Positions 37,201 through 49,200 of a stretch of 64,000 bases of DNA are shown here, one piece after another. Both the position numbers and the translations under genes were made by a program. Position 1 is the stretch's first letter. Every line of letters starts with the position of its first letter. Source of the stretch: Azolla caroliniana (taxonomy: Eukaryota > Plantae > Polypodiophyta); contig JBHGNT010000095.1 of assembly GCA_043228905.1 (NCBI GenBank), positions 1-64,000 on the forward strand, read 5' to 3'. Below the pieces are notes generated by a model, which was not told the DNA's origin, did not search any database, and saw only the letters and a program-made list of their open reading frames with translations.

Positions 37201-40200
37201 ATGGAGAAGGAAGGCGTACATCAGAGAAGTTTGAGCTCATCTTCCTCTAGTTCATTCGACAGTTGTTCCGATCTTCTTAGTTCTTTTGATCTTTCTGAGA
37301 AGACTACGTCTGATGTCATTCCGCAAGGAGGAGAAGAAGAACAAGAGGAGGAAGGAGGAGAAGAAGAAAAATTCCAATCAGAGAGTGAATCTTGCAATAA
37401 ACAAATATCTGATCAAAGCGATTTGGATGTCCGATCAAGCCGAGACATTTCTAGAGGTCATTCCACTATCATGGAGTCGTCATTAAAGGAAGGCGATTCA
37501 TCAGGGTCTGAGGCTAAGAATGATTCTGGACATTCAGAGGTAATTATGACTGATCCTGCACAGCCAGAGGTAGTCATGAATGATTCTTCAGGGTCTGAGG
37601 CTAAGAATGATTCTGGACACTCAGAGGTAATTATGACTGATCCTGCACAGCCAGAGGTAGTTACGCATGATTCTTCACAGCCAGAGGTGATTAAGGATGA
37701 TTCTATGGCAGTGGAAACACCTGCAGTAAGGGATCATATCTATAGCTTCTCTTCAGCCATGACCTTGAGCATGGTGCGGTCTTTGGCTGAGAATACTGTG
37801 GGAAGAATCTCTCAGCTCCAGTCATCTTTGCGTATACCATCGGGTTACATATTTTCTATGAAGTCGACGGAATCAAAAGAGAGTACCCCTGGTGTTGATC
37901 TAAGTAAAGAAAATTCTATTGTAGCATCTTATGTGTCCAATTTGGATGGCAGTACTGTTGTGCAAAATATACAGAAGGGTGATTCAAACAACATTGTTGT
38001 GGAAGACACTGTGCAGGAAGAGGACTCTCTCAATGGAAAGGAAAATGAAAGTTCGGACAACATTGAGAAAGATATTTTGGAAGGTTTACATTCTAAAAAT
38101 TTGATGGAGTCTCTGAATGGAAATCAAAGTGGAAGCTCAACTAACATTGAGAAAGACATTTCTGAGAAGTTACCTTCTGATAACTTGATTCAATTCGTTA
38201 GTGGAAAAAATCAAATTCAAAGGCTCGTCAATGGTGAGAAAGATATTTCTAAAGCTGTACATTCTAAGAATTTGATGGAGCCGCCGAATGGAAATCAAAC
38301 TGGAAGTTCAACTAACAGTGATATAGACATCATCAATGGTTTACGTTCTGATGACTTGACCCAGGTCCTCAGTGAAAATCAAAGTGGAAGCTTGGTCAGC
38401 ATTGAGAAAGACATTTCAGAGAGTTTACATTCTCATGATATGATACATCTGCATAATGGAAATCAAAACAGAAGCTTGATCAACATTGAGGGAAACATTT
38501 CTGAGGGTTTGTATTCTGATAACTTGATACAATTCCTCAATGGAAATCAAACTGGAAGGTCATTCAACATTGTGAAAGATGTTTCCAAGCATTTACCTTC
38601 TAACAATGTCATACCACATCCACACATGTCTGAATCTACTGTAGAGGCCCATGATAGAATTGATTCAGTTAGTGTGTGTCAAGGGCAGTATTATGGTTTG
38701 CTATGTAACAGAGATGCATCAGTGCTTCCAGAGATAGACAATGATTTGCATCATTTGGAAACCTCTGTAAAATCATTTGAGCTACAGAAGAAAACACCTG
38801 TTTCCTCTCATCCTCTTCACATCCTGAACAGCGGATCGGGAAGACCTGATCTTGAAGAGGTTGATTATGATGTTGTGAATGAAGAAGTGTGGAGGAATGA
38901 ACCACCTGATTTTTCTTCATCACTGCCTCACGACGTAGTCCTTCATAGAAGGATTTCTGTAGATGAACTGATGAGAGACGAGCCAGACTTCAGTATAAAG
39001 ACATCAAGCTTGTACCATACCACAGGTGGTGCTTCTCCTTCATTAAATGCCATAGTTCATTGCAGAGATATTGTGAAGAATGATCGGAAGCATAGAATTG
39101 AAGCTATTGAGGTATTGGCTTTAAAATTTAGGGAGAACAATCTTTTATCACACGGAAGTTTTTGTGAAAAAAGATCAAATGGGGAAACATTGAAGGGGTT
39201 AGAGAATGAGCAACAAGATGAGGTAGGATCTATTTCTTTTTCTAATTCAGATATGCATTTTTCCAACTCTTCAGATAGTTTAAAGACAAATCATGTTTCT
39301 TTCTGATGCATTTTCTCAGCAGTGCTTTTACTTTCAGCTTTTCAGATATGTGGAGAATTTGGATTTGAATGAAACTGATGTTGACACAACAATCCTGGAT
39401 ATGGAGGATATCCTTCTCAATTCAGATGAAGATGGAAGTAGAAATATCCACTTTCTCCCGTCAAGCAATTCGGTTGTTGGTACACCTCGATCTTCAAGAG
39501 ATGGGAGCTTGAGCTCATCCACATCAGGTCTCTTCGGATTATACACCATGGGTTCAAATGACCATTTCCCCTTCACAATTGACTGGATAGAGGTTATTGG
39601 AGCAAAGCAGAAAAAAGGTGGATCTTCTTTTGGTGAAAGGGTTGTTGGTGTAAAGGACCACACCGTGTATTGTATCAAGGTAACAGGTGGAGGTCAAGAG
39701 TGGGAAGTCATGAAGCGATATAGAGATTTTGTTGAACTATATCATCAGTTGAAACGGAAATTTAACACAAGGTCAGAAAGGCGTCTCCCAACTCCTTGGA
39801 GGGAGGTTGAAAGTGAGTCACGGAAGGTATTTGGTGGTACCACTCCAAATGTTATAGAGATAAGAAGTACTCGCATTGAGAAGTGCTTACAATCCCTTCT
39901 TCAAGAAGGTTCTCCATTCAATAATAGCTCTCTTGTACGTTGGTTTTTGCGTCCACAAGGTACTGTTTTTGGCTTATCTGGTTATGAGGATCAAGAATCA
40001 GTTGCAATGTCGATGTCACGGAACAACTCAGATGTCCAGTTGGGTGCTTTAGACTCACCTCGATTGCAATCTCCTCAATTAGAGATTGGATGTGGTAAAG
40101 TAGAATTGGATCATGCCAGAGGGAAAACCATAAAGCTTGTGCTCAAGGTTCATTCCAACAAGAATCTGAAGCAGTTGCTCTCATCTCAGCGTTATTCTTG

Positions 40201-43200
40201 TGCAGGATGTCACAAACATCTAGATGTAGAGAAAGGACTTGTGCAAGGATTTGTGCAAACTCTTGGGTGGGGGAAGCCAAGGCTCTGTGAATATAGTGGA
40301 CAACTCTATTGTACATCCTGCCACTTCAATGAGACTGCAGTTCTTCCTGCACAAGTATTGTGGCACTGGGATTTCACACCGCGAAGAGTTTCTCAACTTG
40401 CCAAGGCATATTTGGATTCAATATATGATCAAGTATGTATGCTAGAACCCTGTCACGTTTTCTCAAAACATCATTTATGTTGGGGCCATAAATTCTATGC
40501 TATGTATGGATCCAAGTACTGCAACTCTTTGTAGGCATGCTGCTTTCCACATGTGAGTTTGTGTTCCTCTACCTAGTGATCATGGGTAGATGGTTCTCAT
40601 GAAAATATTAAATATTAAATGTGAAAATATCAGGTGTGGTTATTCCTCTATTGATAGTGGAGCTATTTGCTTCCATGATTTTGTCTGGTGAATTAGATGC
40701 AACTGTGCTTGCACTCATGTTTCTTAATCATAATGTTAAGCCTTGGGTCTGTGTGGAACAAACACGCTGTTTAGATGTAGAATATAATAGATTTTTTTTA
40801 TTGTTCACCAGGGGGCCAAAATTTGACTTATGGAATGAAATAAGCATATCATCTTGAATCTGACTCCTTCCTAAAGTGGGGGTTTACAACTCCATATTCA
40901 AAACTCTCTATGTGAAAATAATGCACGGATGTATGTGCTCACTCTTCTTGGTGGAGATTGAGTATGAAACTTAAATTATCATGCCTGTCTAACAAGTTAT
41001 CACACTTTTCCCGAACTACCATATATGCTGAGCATGCAAGAAGTAAGTGATATTTATCCTCCAGTAGGTTTTCATTGCATACCTTGCATATCTTCATACT
41101 TGGGTCATGATGCCATGATGCCACACCAACACCTAACTTGTGTGAGTGAGTTCGAAAAGTGCAAAGAAAAGAAAACTCCTCTTAAGGGTAGAAGGGTGGG
41201 GTAAAAGAGATAGGCTTGTGTGCTCTTTGCAAAAAATCACAGCTCTGATACCATGTGAGAAAAGCTATTAATAATTACAAAAAGTAGAGCACAGCCAAAA
41301 TGCAGAGCCTGTTTGTACGTAGCAATGAAAAATAAAGTTCTTGCAAAAAAGGCTGGTACAGAGCCTTTTATACAAAATTGGGGAATGTGGGTGAAGTGGT
41401 TGTTTTGTAGTTAAGTGACTCTTGTACTACCAAACAGGTACAATAAATGAGGACTAAGAAGGAATAATCTTGGAAAAGTGAAGAGAGAGAAGGCATTTAA
41501 TGAGTGGCAGATTCTAGAGGGGAAAAAAATCTAGGAAGAGAATTTAGAGGAGAGATAATAAAGATGAAAGAGAATGCAGGTCTGGAGCTGCCACCCTCCT
41601 ACAAAACCCACTTGGCTGCGTGCCAATGCGTTGTTTCAGGACTGTGCATAAACCTACTTAAGTGTGAAACTGTGTGTTGCACAAAAATGTCAAACAACCT
41701 AGCTTGCTGGTGTAAGAGTGCATTGGCTGGTTCTCCTTTGTCTTGATATGAGAATCCGAAACCTGCTTCTATAGGAGTGGAGATTGGATTGCAGTCTTCA
41801 AACCTGGATTGTTGCTTCTCGATGTAATTTCGTTGACTGAAGAAAATGCCCCCATCAACGGTAATGAATTGAATGCTGAGGTACTAACCAAGGTCTGTAA
41901 GTTCAAATGTCTTACTAAGATGAGCCTTGAAATCTGCAATTTCTTGCTCATTAGATCCTGTGATTAGCAAATCATCAACATGAAGCACAACAAATAGTAA
42001 TTTTTCTCCATCCTTTTGGACAATGGGAGTGCTTTCAGTTGGCCTGTTCACAAAACCTAGTTGAAGAAGATGATCATAGATCTTTGCATTCCACGCTTGA
42101 GGTGCTTGCTTCAAGCCATATAAAGCTTTTTAAGTATCTTGCAAACTTTAGTGTCTGCACTTGTAATGAGAAGATCGGGAGGTTGAGTTACATAAACCTT
42201 TTCTTCTAAGACTCCATTTAAGAAGGCAGTTTTAATGTCCAATTGGTGAATGTTCCATCTTTTATTTGCGGCCGTAGTAAATGTAGCTCTGATTGTAGCT
42301 ATCCTTGAAGTGGGGTCGAAGGTTTCTTCATTGTCTATCCCCTCTTTTTGAGTACAGTCTTTTGCTACAAGTCTTGCTTTAAAATAATGAAGGCTATCGT
42401 CCGTATTACGCTTGACTTTGTAAATTCAATTGGTGGCAATTGCTTTCTAGGTAGATCACATAACTCCCAAGTGTTCTTGTAGATGGGCTCAAGTTCTGAT
42501 TTCATGGCATCGAACCCATGGTCATGTGTTAATGCATCATCAAGAGACAATGGTTCCTCATCACAAATTTCAGTGATAAGAGCATGTTGCACATAATGCA
42601 GTTCAGTTTGCTGCTTGGCTGACCGAGCTCTACCTAGAAGAGGAAATGTGAGTTTCCTGATCATAAGGGTATTAATCAGCCATTTAGGGACAGTTTTTGC
42701 TTGCTTAGAAGAGGCTTGTTCTTCCCCCAATTCTGTGTAAACATCATGTTGATTAATGACCTGTAAATCAGCATTATTATCAGCATCAGCAATGTTTGGG
42801 TGCTCAGGTTCAACAACGTCGGGCTATTGCAAGGGATAAATTTGAGCATTGTTTGATTGCTCTACATGTCTGTTTGGGGCATGCTGTTGCTGGTGCAAAA
42901 CCTCACATTACCTCCATGAGGTTCGGTTACTTGATCACCTTCAAACACAGCCCAATGTTCTTTATGCCAGGGACATAGATAACATTGTTCAAGGTGAACA
43001 TCCCCATTGACGGCTGTAATATGAACTTGACCTATGCCTTTGATGACGTAAGAAGCATTATTGGCACAAGTAATTGTGCCTACCTTATGACGATCATCTT
43101 CAAATGTGACAAAGAAATTTGAAGAAGAGGCTGACGAAAGCACCAGAGTGCGAAAAGAGAACCAAAAGGCTTGGGAGAGTTTGAAGGGTGTTGTTCAGGA

Positions 43201-46200
43201 TGTCACAGTGACATCAAACTCGAAGGAGGAGATGGTATGAAGAATGAAGGGTGGACAACTCTAGCATGAGAGTGTTGTTAGGTGTAAAGGCCCGTAGTTC
43301 ACAAATTAGGTAATTATTCGTATATGTGAACACATTGTTCACCTGGATAGGACACCTCCTTTTATAATGTGAACACACCACTTTCTTTGTAAGGTTAACT
43401 AATATAATAACCTTTTTTTTCTTGTGTACCAATCAAGGCGGTTGGGTACACCAAAGATTTGCGTGTCTCTACTCTCATCTCTACTACAGTCCTGTTTGCT
43501 GAACGTCATCTCTCAATAGCTGATCTGTCAAACATCCCTCTTTACCTTTAACTGGTATCAGAGCCAAATCTCTTTCCTCTGCTTTGCTGTTTTTCTTTAG
43601 ATTCAGAATCAGCAGAAAACACAGATTTAAAAAAAAATAAAATAAAAAAAAAATCTATCAGACCCTTTCCTATTGGTATTCTGCTCAATTTCTGAAGGCA
43701 TCTGTCATAAATCTTGGGAGCAATGGCCTCCACTTCAGCTGAAGTGAAAAACCTCTTTGAAATCAAGAGATTTGATGGAAAAGGTTTCGAATTGTGGAAA
43801 GAGCGTATGCTGGGCATCCTCTTTCTAAGAGATTGTGAAGATGCTCTCGTAGAAAAGAAACCAGAGAGCATGGAAAATGATGCTTGGAACACTTTGAATA
43901 AGAAAGCCATTACATATATTAAAATGTCTGTTTTTGATGAAATTCTTGTAGATGTAAAGGGCTTGACTACTGCCCATCAAGTTTGGGAGAAACTTAAGAA
44001 AACTTACGAGAATACTACTCCTGTGAATCAGGTGCATTTGATGAGAAAACTTGTCAGTATGAGGCTTGATGAGTCGAAAGGTGCAATAGAGCATCTATCA
44101 TTATTCACAGGTGCTCTCTCCCAACTACAAGATTCAGGATTACCAGCTTTTGATGAGAAGCTCCAAGCTATCTTCCTACTTATGACTTTACCGGATTCGT
44201 GGGAAACATTAGTTGTTTCACTATCTAATAGCCCCACCTTGACCTTCGATGGTGTGCGGGGCTCTATTCTCAGTGAAGAGATTAGAAGACAATCTAGCAG
44301 AGAAGGTAGTGGTTCAGCATACAATATTAGGGGGAGATATGATAAGAGGAACCCAAATGTAGGACAAAGAAATAGAAGTAAGAGTAGAGGGAAAGGAAAA
44401 CAACAAGATATCACATGCTATCATTGTGGCCGTAAAGGTCATAAGAAACCTGATTGTAGATATTGGAAGATGGAACTAGAAAGGAAGAAGAATGTAGGAG
44501 AGAAGAAAAACAAAGATGATAAGTTTAATACAACAGAGAAAAGCTAATATGGCTTCAAATGTTATCATTGAAGACCTATCTGGTGAAGATGGTGATGTAC
44601 TTTGTATTACAGGTGATGCCTTTATAGCTCATCTTCAAGACATGCAAATCACTAAAACAGATGTTATTGATGCTTTATTGTCAATCGATGATGGATTGAC
44701 ACAGACATGGATAGTAGACTTCGGGGCTTCTTTTCATGTTACTCCATGTTTGGAGTGCTTTACCACATTTGATGCAGGCAGTTATGGAAAAGTTTATCTT
44801 GGTAACAATAGTGCTTGCAATATTTTGATGGTATTGGAACCATACACTTGTCTTTGGATAATGGTCAAGAGCTTGTGCTCAAAGATGTTAGGTATGTACC
44901 TGGCATTAAGAAAAGTTTGCTATCTGTAGGACAGATGGATTTGCATGGTTACACCACATTATTCAGTGGTGGATTATGGAAACTAAAGAAAGGATCTATG
45001 GTTATTGTGAAAGGTTGCAAAAAGGGCACTCTGTACTGTTTGCAATGTAAAGCTTTACCTGGAAAGTTTCTTGCTATTGCTGAATTCGACTCTCGTTTAG
45101 AGCTTTGGCATAAGAGATTAGGACATATGAGCCAAAAAGGACTTGAAGTCCTTTCTGCTTTAAAAAGATTTGATGTTAAAGGATCAAAGCTGGTTTTTTG
45201 TAATGATTGTCTATTTGGCAAACAAGTGAGAAATTCTTATTATTGTGGTATCTCTCGTAAACCAAATGTGCTAGATTTGGTGCATTCTGATGTATGTAGC
45301 ATGCCTGTAAAATCCTTGGGCGGTGCTGCATATTTTATTTCCTTTATTGATGATTATTCTAGGAAGATTTGGGTGTACTTGATGAAAAGAAAAGGTGATG
45401 CATTTGATGCATTTAAATCTTTTCATGCATTTGTGACTACTCAATAAGGGACAAAACTGAAATGTCTCAGAACAGATAATGGGGGTGAGTTTACATCTGC
45501 AGAATTTAAGTCTTATTGTGACTTACATGGTATTAAAAGAGAGCTTACAGCTCCATATAACCCTTCATCAAATGGGGTGGCAGAAAGGTATAATAGGACC
45601 TTGTGTGAGCGAGTATGATGCATGCTGTCCACAGCTAATCTCCCTCATGAATTTTGGGGAGAAGCATTAAAAACTGCGGTTCATATATGTAATCGTTCTC
45701 CCAACAAGTCCTTAAAAAATGGAATCCCTGAGGAGGTTTGGTCTGGCAAACCAGCCTCATATGACCATTTACGATTTTTCGGTTGTGATGCGTTTGTACA
45801 CATTAGAAGTGAGCTGAGAAATAAGCTCAATGCTAAGTCCACCATGGGCATTTTTATGGGCTATGGTGATGAAGGTGAAATGGGCTATAGGATTTGGTTA
45901 CCTCAGTCCAGAAAAATTGTACGCAGCCGGGATGTTGTTTTTAATGAAGAAAAATTGCTGAAAAATGCTTGTTCCTCTGTTGGGAACTCTAAGAGCGTTA
46001 CATTTCAGCAATTACAGCCATCCACAAAATCTGAAAATAAACCTCATGATGCTATACCAAAGGTTGAATATGATGATCGACCGGTTATCTTTGAGCCAAA
46101 AGAAGTTGGACAGCAAAGAGATGCTCATGAAGGTACTGGTCAACGAGATGAAGGTACTGAAGAACAAAATATAGATGTCGAACAACATGCTGGACATGGT

Positions 46201-49200
46201 TTGCAACAGCCAGAAAGTGCTGAAAATGATTTTCCTCCAGATTTAGAACCAATCCCAGAAAATACTGATCATTGGGTACGTAGGTCTAATCGTTCAAGGA
46301 GGCAGGTATATAGACATGACCCCTCTTTGCATTATGTCATGCTGTCAGATGAGGGTGAACCTCTTACTTATAAGGAGGCAATGTCATGTGAACTTAGCAG
46401 TAAGTGGGAGCTTGCAATGCAAGAAGAAATAAAATCTTTATATGCAAATGATACATGGGATCTTGTGTCCTTACCTCAAGGAAGGAAAGCTCTTCCAAAT
46501 AAGTGGGTTTATAAGGTAAAGGAAATTGAAGGGAAACCAAAATACAAGGCAAGATTAGTTGCCAAGGTTATGCACAGAAGGAAGGTATTGACTTCCAAGA
46601 GGTCTTCTCTCCTATTGTGAAGATGACCACACTTCATGTGCTATTTGCTCTCACTGCAATGCTTAATTTGGAGTTGTACCAAATGGATGTAAAGACCGTT
46701 TTTTGCATGGTGATATTGATGAAGAGATGTACATGAAACAACCTGAGGGTTTTGTAGTCTCTAACAAGGAGCATTTGGTATGCAAACTAAAACGTAGCTT
46801 GTATGGCACAAGCACCACGACAGTGGTATAAGAAGTTTGATACTTTTATGCTTTCTCAAGGCTTTGATCGTAGCTATGCAGATCATTGTTTACACACGAA
46901 AAAGGATATCGATGACAGTCCTATCATACTTGTTCCATATGTGGATGATATGTTGCTAGCTGGGAAAAGAAAGACTAGTCTTGATGCTCTAAAAGATCAA
47001 CTGAAATTGGTCTTCTCTATGAAAGATTTGGGAAATGCAGAGCATATTTTGGGCATGAGAATCAGTAGAAACAGAAAAGACAAATTGTTGTTTTTGTCAC
47101 AAGAAAAGTACATTTGAAAAAGTGCTTAACAGATTTAATATGGCAGAAGCAAAGTCCCTTGGAGTTCCTTTGCCGTCATATCTTAAACTTAGCAAGGCTG
47201 ATTGTCCAAAGGATGAGATGGAAATCAATGCTATGAAGGGAATTCCCTATGCATCAGCATGTGGTTCTCTAATGTATGCTATGGTAGCTACTCGTCCAGA
47301 TATTGCTTATGCAGTGGGAGTTGTTAGTCGCTATATGTCTAATCCCGGGAAAGCACATTGGGAGACTGTCAAGTGTGTTTTCAGGTATCTTAAAGGTACA
47401 CAGAGAAAATGTTTATGCTATGGGAAGGGTGCATTAAATTTGCAGGGATATTGTGATGTAGACATGGCAGGTGACTTGGATACACGTAAGTCTACTAGTG
47501 GGTATATATTTACAGTTGCTGGTGGAGCAGTGTCTTGGTGCTCCAAATTGCAAAAGATTGTAGCATTGAGTACTACTGAAGCTGAATATATTTCAGCTAC
47601 AGAAGCTTCAAAGGAAGCTATATGGCTCAGCAGACTTGGTGAAGATCTTGGCATGTCTGTTGGTACTCCTGTGTTAGGATGTGATAGCCAGAGTGCTGTG
47701 TATCTGGCTAAGAATGCCATGTTTCATTCGCGCACCAAACACATTGATGTGCGACATCACTTTATCAGACAAGTTTTGGAGGATGGTCTAGTCACATTGA
47801 CCAAGATCAAAACACAGGATAATCCTGCAGATATTCTCACTAAAAGTCTTGGCAAAGCTCAACATGAGCATTGCATACAGTTAGTGGGAGTTACTTGAAT
47901 GTTCACATCAGACCTTTAAGTGGGAGGTTGTTAGGTGTAAAGGCCCGTAGTTCACAAATTAGGTAATTATTCGAATATGTGAACACATTGTTCACCTGGA
48001 CAGGACACCTCCTTTTATAATGTGAACACACCACTTTCTTTGTAAGGTTAACTAATATAATAACCTTTTTTTTCTTGTGTACCAATCAAGGCGGTTGGGT
48101 ACACCAAAGATCTGCGTGTCTCTACTCTCATCTCTACTACAGTCTTGTTTGCTGAACGTCATCTCTCAATAGCTGATCTGTCAAACATCCCTCTTTACCT
48201 TTAAGTGTACCATGAAAAAGGGTGAAGTTGGAGACATACAACGTGGGCATTTAAGGGTCTTCTCGCACGGCATCACATCTTCCTTGGTTCAGGTCCCCCG
48301 TTGTCCCACTTGAGTAGCACACGCACATGTGAGTTTGAGCTAACCTTTACTTTAGCGAGCCTTCGAGTCCGAGCTATCCTCAACTTTAGTGAGACCTCAG
48401 GTTTGAGCTAACCTCGACTCCAGCGAACCTTCAAGTCCGAGCTAACCTCAACTCCAGCGAGCCCACGAGTCCACGGGCCCAAGGAACCCACAACTTCAAG
48501 GCATCACATCCTCCCTGGTTTAGGTCCCCCATGGTCCCGCTCAAGTAGGACATGCACACGTGTTTACGTGACAATGAGACATGCGATAAATTTGTGCAAT
48601 CTTTTTCAGTGCTATTGTACATGAAAAACACATACCACAAGCAATATTTCTCTTCCTTATTGCACTGCCTATATCTGGGCTCCCCACCAAAACTCTCCAA
48701 ATAAAAACTTTAGCACGAAACGTAAGAAGAGATCTCCATCCTAATGCTACTACTCAGTTCCACCATGTAATGGGTTTTCTAAACCCCCATTCCTAGGTAA
48801 CCCTCTTTTATATCCATTCTCTATATTAGCTCATGAAATGCCTCTTTTGTTTTAACTTTATCTAGGCTCCAGTTTTCTGGAAAATTTCAATCCACCTCCA
48901 GATTAGATTTAGCTATGGGCCTGGTTTCTGCTCAAATCAAGCTGAACCGTTAAGTCATGGTTAATGGTTAATTTAATGTATTTTTATTTATTTAAATTTT
49001 TTTATTAGTTTGACTTAAATGGATAGGTTTAAATTTTTTATTAAATGGTTTGGTTTGGTTTGTTTTCCTTAAATGGCTCAGTTTGGTTTCAAGGTAAAGA
49101 AACCAAACCGGGCCCATAGCTAAGTAGAGTTACGAACTTGTCCAATGAGGTATTGCAGCATTGACAGTTTTTAAATCTTCTACAGTTCTTAACTTCTAGT

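Noticed and set aside
39223-39337. Apparent frameshift between the 701-aa and 413-aa ORFs
   Set aside because: Explained by a 115-nt phase-0 GT-AG intron (GAG|GTAGGA ... TTTCAG|CTT).
44516-44560. Programmed gag/pol frameshift in the complete copia
   Set aside because: The related copy near 32160-32200 reads through in frame (KEKANMV), so this is a 1-bp indel.
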